Assembly: GCA_963845535.1 (NCBI GenBank) | Contig: CAWJSK010000003.1 | Coordinates: forward strand, 84,936-148,935 | Length of the DNA: 64,000 nucleotides | Direction of reading: 5' to 3' | Source of the DNA: an uncultured Spirochaetota bacterium | GTDB lineage: Bacteria > Spirochaetota > Spirochaetia > SZUA-6 > Fen-1364 | Shown here: positions 29,894-40,040 of the stretch, in pieces | Layout: each line of letters opens with the position of its first letter | How positions within the stretch are numbered: the stretch's first letter is position 1 | Translations under genes and position numbers: made by a program | The notes under the pieces: model-generated | The model's database searches: none | The model's input: only the letters and a program-made list of their open reading frames with translations | What the model was told of the DNA's origin: nothing

Positions 29894-29966
29894 GCCGCGT
29901 CGCGCGAAGCGCGATATCGCGGCAGGAAAGCCTATGCCGCATCGCACGAAGCGCGATATCGCGGCG
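29883..29966. repeat. Two tandem 42-bp palindromic (REP-like) units between convergent genes
   Basis: Units 29883-29924 and 29925-29966 differ at 4 positions. Each folds as GCCGC..TCGCRC-GAA-GCGCGA..GCGGC. Confidence 0.85.
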
Positions 29967-29969
29967 TTC

Positions 29970-31364
29970 TTACAGCTTCGAAAGCGCCTTCTCGGCTTCT
30001 CTCTGCACCAGGAGGGACGGGTCCTTCGTGGACATGTCCTTCAGCCTGTCCTTCAGGTCGGAGAAGCCGTTGGCGCCAATACCGCGGACGGCGTAGGCGC
30101 GGATCACCTGGTCCGGGCTTGCCAGCATAGTGGTGAACACGTCCTTCAGGTCCGCACCGTGCGCATCCGAAAGCACGCGCGCTGTGGCTTCGATCGGCCT
30201 CTGATCGACGTTCTTTCCCTCCGCCGCCATAACGGCCTTGGCCGCTTCCGCCGCCCGGGAGACGGACCGAGCCACGAGCGCCTTGAGCGCATTCTCACGC
30301 GTCTCGGGCGGGAATCCCGCTCCCTGGTACAGCGCCGCCAGGTTGTCTTCTCCCTGCGAGCTGCCCATCCCGCCAATGGCCTTGATTGCCGCCACACGCA
30401 CCTGGCTCACCGGATCATAATGGGCCTTGTAATCCAATATGGGCAGCGCGGTGTCAGCCTGGCTTGCGGAGAGAGTTCCGGTCAGCGCCTTTGCGCACTG
30501 CTCGCGGACCTTCCAGTCGTCGTCCTTCAGGCCCTGGATGAGCATGGGAAAGACGTCCCCAATACCGAAATGCGCCAGCGCGGACGCCGCGTACGCCCTG
30601 ACAAGCGCGTCATTCTCTGAAAACATCGCTTTGAGCAGGGGCATGGCCCGCGCGTCCCCGATCTTTCCCAGCGCGTCAGCCGCGTACACTCTCTGGATTT
30701 TGTCCTCATCGGGATTTTTCGCGATTGCAATCAGGTCGTCCACAGCCTTCAGGTCCTTGAGGTCTCCCAGCGCCAGGATCACGTCCGGCCTGAGGGCGTC
30801 CGGAAAGTCCGGGCTTTTCAGCTTCCCCTCCAGCGCCGCCGCGCAGGCGGCTTCACCGGACGTGCCGCACGTCTGAATGGCCTCGATGGCAACCGCGGTA
30901 TCTTTGGAATCGATCAAGGGGACCAGCAGAGAGGAAAGTCCGGCCGCGTGGATGACGGACAGGTAGCGGATTGAAGCCACAACGAGGTCCCCCGTGGGAT
31001 TCTCCGTATCTGCCAGAACCTGGCGGGCAGCGGCCTCCCCTTCCTTCACGCCCTGGTCACCGAAGAGCTGGAGGATCGCTTTTTTCACTTCCTTTGAGCG
31101 AGTGTCCGTCAGGACGGATGCCAGCTCCTTGGTAAACCGATCATCCCGGGTGGCGGCAATCCTCTGGACAACTTCCAGCACCTGGCTGTCAATGCCGTAC
31201 AACAGGGTCTGCCGGGTCCGCTCCAAGGCCTTGGACTGGTCGTCAGCGGCGAACGCTCCGGACAAGCTTGTGCAGAAAGAGAGAGCTGAGAGAAACGCAA
31301 CCGCAAGCAGGGTCGGCCGAAAACTCGCTCCACGCCGGGATCTCACTCTTGGCCGAAAACTCAC
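29970..31364 (-). CDS. Exported HEAT-repeat protein
   Basis: Repeated VR..AA.ALG motifs and an N-terminal signal. Confidence 0.85.
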   Translation of the reverse strand: MSFRPRVRSRRGASFRPTLLAVAFLSALSFCTSLSGAFAADDQSKALERTRQTLLYGIDSQVLEVVQRIAATRDDRFTKELASVLTDTRSKEVKKAILQLFGDQGVKEGEAAARQVLADTENPTGDLVVASIRYLSVIHAAGLSSLLVPLIDSKDTAVAIEAIQTCGTSGEAACAAALEGKLKSPDFPDALRPDVILALGDLKDLKAVDDLIAIAKNPDEDKIQRVYAADALGKIGDARAMPLLKAMFSENDALVRAYAASALAHFGIGDVFPMLIQGLKDDDWKVREQCAKALTGTLSASQADTALPILDYKAHYDPVSQVRVAAIKAIGGMGSSQGEDNLAALYQGAGFPPETRENALKALVARSVSRAAEAAKAVMAAEGKNVDQRPIEATARVLSDAHGADLKDVFTTMLASPDQVIRAYAVRGIGANGFSDLKDRLKDMSTKDPSLLVQREAEKALSKL

Positions 31365-32986
31365 TCTTTTTTCCTCCTGGCAATAACATCGGCGAGGAAT
31401 GGGACGCGGAGGACGAGATAGACCGCAAGGGTCAGGAGGACTGAGACGAAGGCCGCGGCGGCAATCAACGCCGCTCCCCGCAGGCTGCCTCCTCTCATCC
31501 AGAGGTCAGGCTTCCAGGCCAGGAAAAGGACGATGAACGCGGCCAGGGGCAGGGAACCCGCGAGCGACTTGCCGACGGATGCGATGATGGACCGCAGTCC
31601 CAGCCTTCCGAGCCGGCGACGCGCAAGGACGGCGAGCATCACGGTCCCCGCCGCGAATGCCGCCGAGTTGGCATATGCAAGGCCGCTCACGCGCAGCGGC
31701 GTCTCCTTCAGGATCAGGGAGAGAACGATGTCGATCACCGCCACGAACGCCGCGCTTGCAAGCGGGACCGTGAAGCTCTTCAGGGAGTAGAAGAGCCTCT
31801 GCAGGAACTGGTACACGCCCATGAAAAGAAGCCCTACGGCGTAGCCGGTGAGCGCGCGGGACGCCATGAGGGTGGCGGCCTCCGTGAAATGCCCCCGCTG
31901 GAGAGCAGCGGCTATGATCTCCCGTCCGAAGAGGCACAGGAGGATGGACGAAGGGATCAGGAGCACGATGAGGGACTCGATGCCGTACGACACCGACCCC
32001 CGCAGCCCTTCGGTGTCTCCGCGTGTAGCCTGGCGGCTCATGCGCGGGAAAAGCACGGTATTGATGGACGCGGTGAAGATCCCGATGGGGATCTGGAGGA
32101 ACATCACCGAGTTGACGATGGCGGAGACGCTCCCGTCCTCCAGCCCGCTTGCAAAAAGCTGCGCAAAGAACTGCGTCACCGTGGGAATGGAAGCCGAGGC
32201 CAGGTACGGCAGCCAGAGCCGGACGGTCCGGGTGAAATCCGGGTTGGCAAGGCGGAAATCCGGCCGCACCGAATATCCGCGCTTGCGCAGCGACGGCACC
32301 TGGACGGCAAGCTGGAGAATCCCGCCAATGAGGACCCCTATCCCCATGGAAAGGATGCCGAACCTGCCATTGAGGAAGACAATGGAAAGGACCGTTGCCA
32401 GCGTGAAAAGGAGCGGGCTGAGGGCGGGAACCGCGAACACGCCGTGCGAGTTCAGCACCGCCATCACCAGCGCGCTGAGGCTGACAAGGAGGATGTAGTT
32501 GAACATCCACTGCATCCCCTGCGCTCCTACGGCGACCTTCGCCGGATCGGAGAAGCGAAGGAGCGTTTCCACGAAGATCCGGGGGAATGCAATGCTCAAG
32601 CCCACGAGCGGGAGGAGGACCATGATGAGGAACGCCGCGAGGTTGCTCGCGAGCTTGCGCGGCCGGGCCCCCGAGGGGTCTTCCTCTATCGTGGAGGAAA
32701 GCACGGGGATGAACGCGGAGGAGAACGCGCCCTCGGCAAAGAGCTTGCGGAGGTTGTTCGGGATGTTGAAGACGGCGTTCAGGGAGTCGGCGGCTCCGGA
32801 CGCCCCGAAGTAGTAGCTGAAGAGCGCCTGGCGCACGTAGCCGAAGAGCCTGGATCCAGCCGTGCACGCCATGACAATGACGGCAGACGCGGAGCTGCGG
32901 CTGTTCGATCTGGGGGGGGGCCCTGGCGCCGCGGCGTCTCCTGCGGGCGCTGCTCCCCCTGGCGCCGCGGCGGTTTCGTTCATCAT
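31361..32986 (-). CDS. murJ: Lipid II flippase MurJ
   Basis: SRLFGYVR, IPNNLRKLFAEGAFSSAFIP and multiple TM segments. Confidence 0.95.
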   Translation of the reverse strand: MMNETAAAPGGAAPAGDAAAPGPPPRSNSRSSASAVIVMACTAGSRLFGYVRQALFSYYFGASGAADSLNAVFNIPNNLRKLFAEGAFSSAFIPVLSSTIEEDPSGARPRKLASNLAAFLIMVLLPLVGLSIAFPRIFVETLLRFSDPAKVAVGAQGMQWMFNYILLVSLSALVMAVLNSHGVFAVPALSPLLFTLATVLSIVFLNGRFGILSMGIGVLIGGILQLAVQVPSLRKRGYSVRPDFRLANPDFTRTVRLWLPYLASASIPTVTQFFAQLFASGLEDGSVSAIVNSVMFLQIPIGIFTASINTVLFPRMSRQATRGDTEGLRGSVSYGIESLIVLLIPSSILLCLFGREIIAAALQRGHFTEAATLMASRALTGYAVGLLFMGVYQFLQRLFYSLKSFTVPLASAAFVAVIDIVLSLILKETPLRVSGLAYANSAAFAAGTVMLAVLARRRLGRLGLRSIIASVGKSLAGSLPLAAFIVLFLAWKPDLWMRGGSLRGAALIAAAAFVSVLLTLAVYLVLRVPFLADVIARRKKE

Positions 32987-32988
32987 TT

Positions 32989-33768
32989 CTATTCCTCGAC
33001 CGTGAACGTCATCCGCTCAAGCTCCCGGCCCTTCCAGAGCCGGTTCACCCTGACCTCCCAGGCGCCCACGTCAGGAACGAGCGGGATCACGGCGGGCCCG
33101 AAAGCGCTCGGGGTTATCCGCGTCGTCAGCACCTGCTTTCCGTCTTTCTGGATAGTGAGGTCCATTGGCCCGCCGCCCGTCATCCTGTTGAAGACCTCGA
33201 TCGTCATTTTCTCATGGGAGGGAAACGGGCTTGCCGTGACGACCTCCGCCGCCGCGTCCGTCAGAATGACATCGAGGACCGGCGGCCTCCAGGGAATCAC
33301 CCGGCGCGCTCCCAGGTAGCGATCATGGTAATACGGGCTTGCAAGCTGGGAGATAATGACTCCGGTGTGGCGGCCCTCGGACGCGGCGTGGATGAACCGG
33401 CCGCCGCCGGCGTAGATGCCCACGTGGCACGGGACGGAGGGCGCCACCTTGCTCTCCGTGTCGAAGAACACGAGGTCCCCGATGTGCATGGGGTACGTGA
33501 CCGGGGTCCCTGAATGGAACAGTCCGCCGACGCCTCGGGAGACCTCCATTCCCGCCGTGTCCCGGAGCACGCGGTAGACGAGGCCTGAGCAGTCGACCCC
33601 GGTCCTGGAAATCCCGCCCGGCACATACGGCACACCAAGGAGCTTCAAGGCAGCCTGGATTGCCTCGCGCGGGATCGAGACGTCACAGGCGGGTTTCTGC
33701 GTCTGCGCGTCGACTGCCAGCACGGGAAATGCCAGGACCACCAGGAGGACAACGGCGCGCCGCATCAC
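32989..33768 (-). CDS. NlpC/P60 (C40) peptidoglycan peptidase with an extra C-terminal domain
   Basis: LGVPY..GG...GVDCSG, GDLVFF, HVGIY and FIHA. Confidence 0.9.
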   Translation of the reverse strand: MMRRAVVLLVVLAFPVLAVDAQTQKPACDVSIPREAIQAALKLLGVPYVPGGISRTGVDCSGLVYRVLRDTAGMEVSRGVGGLFHSGTPVTYPMHIGDLVFFDTESKVAPSVPCHVGIYAGGGRFIHAASEGRHTGVIISQLASPYYHDRYLGARRVIPWRPPVLDVILTDAAAEVVTASPFPSHEKMTIEVFNRMTGGGPMDLTIQKDGKQVLTTRITPSAFGPAVIPLVPDVGAWEVRVNRLWKGRELERMTFTVEE

Positions 33769-34910
33769 AGCGCCCCTTGCGTGAGAGTCTCGCCTGTCTG
33801 ACCCAACCGCTCAAGGGACTCGGTTTTGAAACGCGAGAAGTCGCCCCGGGAAATCGCCCTTCGTGTCGACTCGACGAACCGGTGAAGCCACGTGAGGTTG
33901 TGGCAGGTTGCGAGCACCGCAGCCTGGATCTCCTTCGCCTTGAACAGGTGTCGAAGGTATGCCCGGGAATGGTTTCTGCACGTCTCGCATTCGCACGTCT
34001 CGTCGATCGGACGAAAGTCGTTCCTGTATTTTTCATTTCTCAGGGAAAGCGGCCCTTCCGAGCTGAAGACCTGCGCATTGCGGGCGGTGCGCGTGGGGAA
34101 CACGCAGTCGAACAGGTCGATGCCTGCCTCAACGGCTTCCAGGATGTACCGTGGCGTGCCGATCCCCATCAGGTATTTCGGCTTGCCATCAGGGAGAAGC
34201 GACGCGGAATGATGGAGAAGATCGGAGAACACGGGGAACTCCTCCCCCACCGAGAGCCCCCCAATTGCGTACCCCGGCAGGTCCAGGGCCGTGATTTCCG
34301 AGGCGCTGCGTTCACGAAGATCCTTGAAGAAGTTGCCCTGCATGATGCCGAAAAGCTGCCCCGTCATGACCGCTGTGCGGCTTTTCCATTCCCCGTTGGT
34401 CCGCTCCAGCCATGCGGTTGTCCGCCGCAGGGCGCTCACCGCGTGCTCCCGGTCTATGCCCGGCGGCGTGCACTCGTCCAGGGGCATCATGACGTCGCTG
34501 CCGAGATCAAGCTGGATGTCCAGCACGTCCTCGGGAGTCAGCCGGTGGGATGAGCCGTCCAGATGGGATTTGAAGAAAACGCCTTCATCCTCCACCTTCC
34601 GAAACGACGAAAGGGAAAAGACCTGGTACCCGCCGGAATCCGTGAGGATGTTGTGGCGCCATCCCATGAAAGAATGCAGGCCGCCGGCTTCCCGGATGAC
34701 GTCACGGCCCGGCCGGAGGTAGAGGTGGTACGTGTTGCCGAGGATCAGGTTGACGCCAATGGCTTCCAGGTCGCTGTTCTTGATGGCCTTGACAGTGGCG
34801 TTGGTCCCCACGGGCATGAAGCAAGGGGTTGACACCGTTCCGTGGTTCAGCGCAAGCGAGCCCGTGCGGGCGCGGCTTCCCGGGTCTCTGTGGAGGACGG
34901 AAAAGACCAT
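33765..34910 (-). CDS. tgt: Queuine tRNA-ribosyltransferase
   Basis: FMPVGT, NTYHL, TDSGGYQ, DCVFPTR and a CxCxxC zinc site. Confidence 0.97.
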   Translation of the reverse strand: MVFSVLHRDPGSRARTGSLALNHGTVSTPCFMPVGTNATVKAIKNSDLEAIGVNLILGNTYHLYLRPGRDVIREAGGLHSFMGWRHNILTDSGGYQVFSLSSFRKVEDEGVFFKSHLDGSSHRLTPEDVLDIQLDLGSDVMMPLDECTPPGIDREHAVSALRRTTAWLERTNGEWKSRTAVMTGQLFGIMQGNFFKDLRERSASEITALDLPGYAIGGLSVGEEFPVFSDLLHHSASLLPDGKPKYLMGIGTPRYILEAVEAGIDLFDCVFPTRTARNAQVFSSEGPLSLRNEKYRNDFRPIDETCECETCRNHSRAYLRHLFKAKEIQAAVLATCHNLTWLHRFVESTRRAISRGDFSRFKTESLERLGQTGETLTQGAL

Positions 34911-34916
34911 TGACCT

Positions 34917-35931
34917 TCACCTTTCCAGCCGCTCGAGCGCCTGGGCCGCTGCTCCCCGGATGCCGGCGTCATTGCCGAGCTCCGCGGGCAATACCTGCAC
35001 GCCCTTGGCAATTTCCGGCCAGCAGTAGTCCGGGAGGCGCTGCCGCACCGGATCCAGGAGTATGTCCCCTGCCTCCGCAACACCGCCCCCGACGAGGCAG
35101 GCCTCCAAGTCCAGGACATTCAGTATGGTCCCGAGTGCCTGCGCAATGTAGCGTCCCGCCTCCTCGATGGTCTCCCGCGCCGGGACCTCTCCGGACCTCG
35201 CCCTGTCCGCCACCATTTTCGCGGTCATGGCCGCCGTTGCCGTCGTGGCCATTGTGGCCGTTGCCGTGGTTGCTGCCGCGCGTTGCTGCCGGCGTCGCGG
35301 TTGCTGCTGGTATGTCGCCTCCGCGTTTTCGCATCTTCTCCACGTACGTGCGAACGATGGCGGTCCCCGAGGCGTACTGCTCGAAGCAGCCCCTGGTTCC
35401 ACAGTTGCAGAGAAGTCCGTCCGCCACGACGCACACGTGCCCCACTTCCCCCGCGAAACCGCGGGAGCCCCGGTACACCCTCCCCCCCAGGACGAGGCCG
35501 CCGCCGATTGCCGTTCCCAGCGTAATGAGCAGGAAGCTCGCGAACTTCCGCCCCGCTCCGAACAAAAGCTCCCCGGCCGCGGCCGCGGTTGCGTCATTTT
35601 CCGAAAAGGCCGGGACCCCGAGCGCGCGCTCCAGGTAATCCTGGGGCGACCTGTCCCGAAAACAGGGGATGTTCTCCGCCCCGCCCACGACAATGCCCCC
35701 ACGCGTGTCGATGAAGCCCGGCATCCCGATTCCCGCGACAACGAGCTTGTCCGTCCGCGGTCTCCCTGAGACGAGCGCCGAAAGCCGCAGTGAGACGGGA
35801 CCAAGGACCTCGTCGAAACCAGCGCGGGAGTCGATGCTCACGTTTTCCCGGGCAAGGACCGAGCCGTCCCGCGCTATCAGTCCGATTTTCGCGGAGCTTC
35901 CCCCGAAGTCCACGCCTGCCGCGTACTCCAT
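34917..35931 (-). CDS. ROK-family sugar kinase (glucokinase-like); one-base frameshift near 35281 within an Ala/Thr repeat
   Basis: GVDFGGS, ENDA, GTAIGGG and GEVGH..CNCG..GCFE in ORF 34969..35931. The C-terminal GGGV and LGNDAG..GAA are in ORF 34917..35804. Confidence 0.85.
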
Positions 35932-35947
35932 TGGTGTGTTTCCTTTC

Positions 35948-37027
35948 CTACGTGCGCGCGGTTCTGAATAGCATGAAACCGAGCACGAGGAAAAGGGAGA
36001 AAGGGCTCCATGCGCCGGCGAGGGGGGGGATGTAGCCGTTCTTGGAGAGGATGGCGGCGACCATCTGCGAGACGTAATAGACCACGGATATGACGAGCGC
36101 CGCGAGGAGGCTCATGAGGAGGATGTTCTTCTTGAAAGTGCTGCCGAGGCTGCTTGCAATGAGCGCCACGATCAGCGGGGTGCTGGCAAAGGAAAACTTG
36201 CGGTAGTAATCGGTGAGCGCTTCGCGGAACGGCAGCCCCGCCTTGCGGATGGCCGCCACGTACCGCTCTGATTCGGCCCTGTCCATTTCCTCAACGTTCC
36301 GTGCCTGCTTGCGGAACGTGTCCGGTGGCTCGCTGAGAAGCGGAGAATCCCACAGCGGCGCCTTTTCGTTGCGGAGGATTGCGGTCTGCTGATCCCAGGT
36401 GAAAACGATGCAGTCATGGAGCACCCAGCGCGTGCCTTTCCATTCCCCCCACTGGGCGTCGATGCGCTGTGAGAATGCCATGTCGGGGTCGCGGACCACG
36501 ACGGTGAGCCCTGACAGGCGTGTTTCCGCGTCGTTGTAATAGTCGGCCTGGTAGACCACGCGCTGGTCAGGGCTGGTGACCGTGACGTTGGACTGGCTGA
36601 GGGAGACCTGCTGCTTCACGGCCACCGCGTAGGCGTCGTTTTTCATGCGAAACGTGGGAATGACCACGCCGTCCTCGAAGAAGAATGCCCCGACGCTCAG
36701 GATGACCCCGAGCGCGAGAAACGGCGCGACAAGCCGCTGGAGGCTCACGCCACAGCCGAAGATGGCGAACAGCTCGTTGTTGGCGTAGAACAGCCCGAGG
36801 GAATAGGAGACGCCGAACAGGAAAGAGACGGGCAGCGCGTAGGACAGGCATTTCGGCACGTACAGAAGAGCAATCCAGCCGATCTCCCCCATCCCGACGT
36901 CATGGGCGAAATACCGCCAGATGCTGCCGAACACGTCGATGAGCTGCAGCAGGAGCACGAAGAAGACGACTGCCAGGAGAAAAAGCGGGAGAAACTGCCG
37001 GATGAGCATGCGGTAGAGGATCCTCAT
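35948..37027 (-). CDS. lptG: LptF/LptG family permease
   Basis: LYRMLIRQF, NELFAIFGCGVSLQRLVAP and PPLAGAW.P. Start at ATG 37027. Confidence 0.85.
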   Translation of the reverse strand: MRILYRMLIRQFLPLFLLAVVFFVLLLQLIDVFGSIWRYFAHDVGMGEIGWIALLYVPKCLSYALPVSFLFGVSYSLGLFYANNELFAIFGCGVSLQRLVAPFLALGVILSVGAFFFEDGVVIPTFRMKNDAYAVAVKQQVSLSQSNVTVTSPDQRVVYQADYYNDAETRLSGLTVVVRDPDMAFSQRIDAQWGEWKGTRWVLHDCIVFTWDQQTAILRNEKAPLWDSPLLSEPPDTFRKQARNVEEMDRAESERYVAAIRKAGLPFREALTDYYRKFSFASTPLIVALIASSLGSTFKKNILLMSLLAALVISVVYYVSQMVAAILSKNGYIPPLAGAWSPFSLFLVLGFMLFRTART

Positions 37028-38307
37028 CGGGCCCTTCTCAGGAGGAAGAAGACGAACGCAGCCGCAAGGACGATGGCGTCGGGGAACCACATCGAGAATG
37101 CCGGAGAAAGGGACATGCGGACTCCGAAGGTCTGGCCTGCGAACAGCATGCCCCAGTAGACGATGGACACGAAAAGTCCGACCGCGAAGCCGACGGTGCG
37201 GCCGCTCCTGCGAGCGCGGACTCCCACGGGAAAGGCAAAATACGCGAATACCAGGCACGCGGCGGGCATGGAAAACTTGCGGTAGAACTCGAGGAGGTAT
37301 TGCTGGAGCGTCTGGTCCGTGACGTTCCGCGCTTTTTCCGCCGAGTAGTCCCGCCACAGCCCGTCCACGCTCTGGCGAGCCGCCTCCGCTTGCGTCGGAT
37401 CCGAAGCCGCCATCAGCACGGCGGACTGCACCCCGGAGGCAAGCCCGAACTGAAGCTCTCTCACCTTTTCGTCCTTGTCGCGTTGCACCTTGTCCTGGTC
37501 CGCCTGCTTGTCGCGGATCTCTTTCCAGACGTCCACCGAGCTCTGGTAGGAGGGGTTGCCCCCGCCCAGGGAAACGGAGATGTCCTTCAGGAGAATGTTG
37601 TACACCATGGACCGCGACGTGGTGTAGTCATAGCGGTCCCCTTCCGCGGGGTTGCTCGCCTCGGTAAAGACGGAGTCGAGAGTCAGGGAAACCACCCCTT
37701 GCTGGGCGCGGCTTTCCTCCAGGTGAGCGTCCCTGGCGGTGATGATGCGCCTGTTGCCTTCCGGGGACTTGTCGATGATGAGGAGGTTCTCGATGCGCCG
37801 GCCAACCACCTGGCCCGTGATGATGGTGGTGTTTTCGTATTTCTTGATGGAGTGGGATTCGAGCTCGACGGCGGGATTCGAGTAGAGGATCCTGCGGTAG
37901 ATCTCGGCAAAGCGGATGTTGCCGAGGGGAAGGAAATAGTCGTTCATGACGAAGGAAACCAGGGAGAACGCGAGCCCGACGATCAGGAGCGGGGTCACGA
38001 GGTGGCGTGAGGGCACTCCCAGGGCGCCGAAGGCCAGAAGCTCGTTGTCGGAGGACAGCCTTCCCACGGCCATCAGCGCGCCGACGAGCGAACCGAACGG
38101 AAACGAGAAGGCGATGACGATGGGAAGCGAATAGATGACAAGGAGGACCACGTCCCAGAAAGGCACCTTCTTGGAGAATATCTCCTCCGCCATGACGAGG
38201 ATCTGGTTCAGGAAGAAGATGAAAAAGAAAAAGAGGAACGCAACGGCAAACGAAAAGAGGTATTCGCGGCTGACGTACAGGTACGTTCGCAGATAGCTAC
38301 GGACCAT
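37024..38307 (-). CDS. lptF: LptF/LptG family permease
   Basis: GRLSSDNELLAFGALG, KFSMPAAC and MWFPD. Confidence 0.85.
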   Translation of the reverse strand: MVRSYLRTYLYVSREYLFSFAVAFLFFFFIFFLNQILVMAEEIFSKKVPFWDVVLLVIYSLPIVIAFSFPFGSLVGALMAVGRLSSDNELLAFGALGVPSRHLVTPLLIVGLAFSLVSFVMNDYFLPLGNIRFAEIYRRILYSNPAVELESHSIKKYENTTIITGQVVGRRIENLLIIDKSPEGNRRIITARDAHLEESRAQQGVVSLTLDSVFTEASNPAEGDRYDYTTSRSMVYNILLKDISVSLGGGNPSYQSSVDVWKEIRDKQADQDKVQRDKDEKVRELQFGLASGVQSAVLMAASDPTQAEAARQSVDGLWRDYSAEKARNVTDQTLQQYLLEFYRKFSMPAACLVFAYFAFPVGVRARRSGRTVGFAVGLFVSIVYWGMLFAGQTFGVRMSLSPAFSMWFPDAIVLAAAFVFFLLRRAR

Positions 38308-38331
38308 CAGAGCAAGCCTCCGAGACGCCGG

Positions 38332-38778
38332 TTACGTTCCCGTGGAGCCAAACCCGCCGCTCCCCCTCTGGGTGGAAGCAATTGCGTCCTGGCGCTGGAA
38401 AGAGACGCGGACAACCGGGCTGAACACGATCTGGGCAATCCGGTCGCCGTTTCTCACGCGGAAATCGCTTTCCCCCAGGTTGATCAGGATTATCTTGATT
38501 TCGCCGCGGTAATCCGAGTCCACCGTGCCCGGCGAGTTGAGCACCGTGACCCCGTTTTTCAACGCCATCCCGGAGCGCGGCCTCACCTGCCCCTCCAACC
38601 CGCGCGGAATTTCGATGCAGAGCCCCGTGGGGACGAGGGCGCGCGTGCCGGGTTTCAGGACAAGGTCCTCGGTCAGCAAGGCGCGGAGGTCCGCGCCGGA
38701 TGCGCCTTCGGACTGGTACTCGGGCAGGAAACCTCCCGTCACGGAGCACTTGATCACGGGTGCATCCACGGCGGTCAC
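38332..38778 (-). CDS. dut: dUTP diphosphatase
   Basis: [19 protein letters not shown] and [10 protein letters not shown]. Confidence 0.97.
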   Translation of the reverse strand: MTAVDAPVIKCSVTGGFLPEYQSEGASGADLRALLTEDLVLKPGTRALVPTGLCIEIPRGLEGQVRPRSGMALKNGVTVLNSPGTVDSDYRGEIKIILINLGESDFRVRNGDRIAQIVFSPVVRVSFQRQDAIASTQRGSGGFGSTGT

Positions 38779-40040
38779 CCCGGAAACGTAAAGTCGAAGT
38801 TCCGCATGCTGTTCAAGCCTTTTGTCCCGTAGGCAAGCAGGCTGAAAGCATCACGACGCAGGCATTGCCGGGCAAATTGCGCAATGTCTTCATCCGCCAC
38901 GGCGCGCAGGGCGGTCAGGGACTCGTCGAACTCAAGGACCCGTCCCATGGTGACGAATTGCCGCACGAGCCTCTTCATGCGGGACTCCATGTCCTCCTGG
39001 GAGAGTATCATGCCTCCGGCAAGATGGCTCTTGGCATCATCGATCTCCTGGCGGCTGAGCGGCTCCCGCAGGAGCCTGGCAAGCTCCGCATCCAGCGCCT
39101 CCAGGAGGGCGCGGACCTGTTGGGGGGTTGCGCTTGCATAGATGGTCCACATCCCGATGTCGGAGAAGAAAGTCCGGAACGAATAGACCGTATAGCACAG
39201 GCCGAGCTGCTCACGAAGCTTCTGAAAGAGGCGGCAGCTCATGGATTCGCCGAAAGCCGTGCTGAACACGAGCGAGGTGTAATAGTGGGAAAGCTCATGG
39301 TCCAGGGCGTAGCACGTCCCCGCATAGACCTGGACCTGGTTGAACCGGTCAGGGACCACGGAAACCTTGCGCTTCCAGGCCGGGGTGGTGCGCTGCTGGG
39401 GCAGGCTCGGGCTCCCGGCGCGCGCAAAGACGGCTTCGGCAAGGGCCCGCACCTCGTCGGGGGAAAAGTTGCCCGCCACCGCGAAGATCGTGTTCTGGGG
39501 CACGAGCCTCTGGCGGTAGAACCGCACCAGGTCCGGCTGGGAAATCCGCTGGACTTCCTCCACCTCACCGGTGATCTTGCGGGAGATGGGGTGGTCCCCG
39601 CACATCTCCTGCAGGTACCTGTCATGTCCCTTTTCTTCCGGGGAGTCGTCGACTGATCGGATCTCATTCACGACCACCGTCTTCTCTTTCTCCATCTCCG
39701 CGGCTTCGATCAGCGAGCCGGTGGTCATGTCGGAGAGGACGTCGAACGCGAGCCGCAGGTGTTCCTTGGCGATGATTGCGTAGACGCAGGTGAACTCCTT
39801 CTCCGTGAAGGCGTTGATGATCCCGCCGACACGGTCGATCTCCTGCGCTATGGCGAATGCGCTTCTCCGGTCCGTCCCCTTGAAAAGCATGTGCTCGAGG
39901 AAATGGGAGTAACCCCGTTCCCCCGAGCTTTCATCACGGGAACCGTGGAGAAACCAGAATCCAATGCAGAGGGTGTCCGTGCGGTCAACCGGCTCCAGGA
40001 GCAGCGTTGCTCCGTTTGCCAGTCTCTCCGTGAGGATCAC
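38775..40040 (-). CDS. M16 (pitrilysin) family zinc peptidase
   Basis: HFLEH motif, NAFT and LREQLGLCY. Confidence 0.93.
   Translation of the reverse strand: MILTERLANGATLLLEPVDRTDTLCIGFWFLHGSRDESSGERGYSHFLEHMLFKGTDRRSAFAIAQEIDRVGGIINAFTEKEFTCVYAIIAKEHLRLAFDVLSDMTTGSLIEAAEMEKEKTVVVNEIRSVDDSPEEKGHDRYLQEMCGDHPISRKITGEVEEVQRISQPDLVRFYRQRLVPQNTIFAVAGNFSPDEVRALAEAVFARAGSPSLPQQRTTPAWKRKVSVVPDRFNQVQVYAGTCYALDHELSHYYTSLVFSTAFGESMSCRLFQKLREQLGLCYTVYSFRTFFSDIGMWTIYASATPQQVRALLEALDAELARLLREPLSRQEIDDAKSHLAGGMILSQEDMESRMKRLVRQFVTMGRVLEFDESLTALRAVADEDIAQFARQCLRRDAFSLLAYGTKGLNSMRNFDFTFPG

Noticed and set aside
29883..29966. CRISPR array
   Set aside because: There are only two abutting units, no unique spacers and no cas genes.
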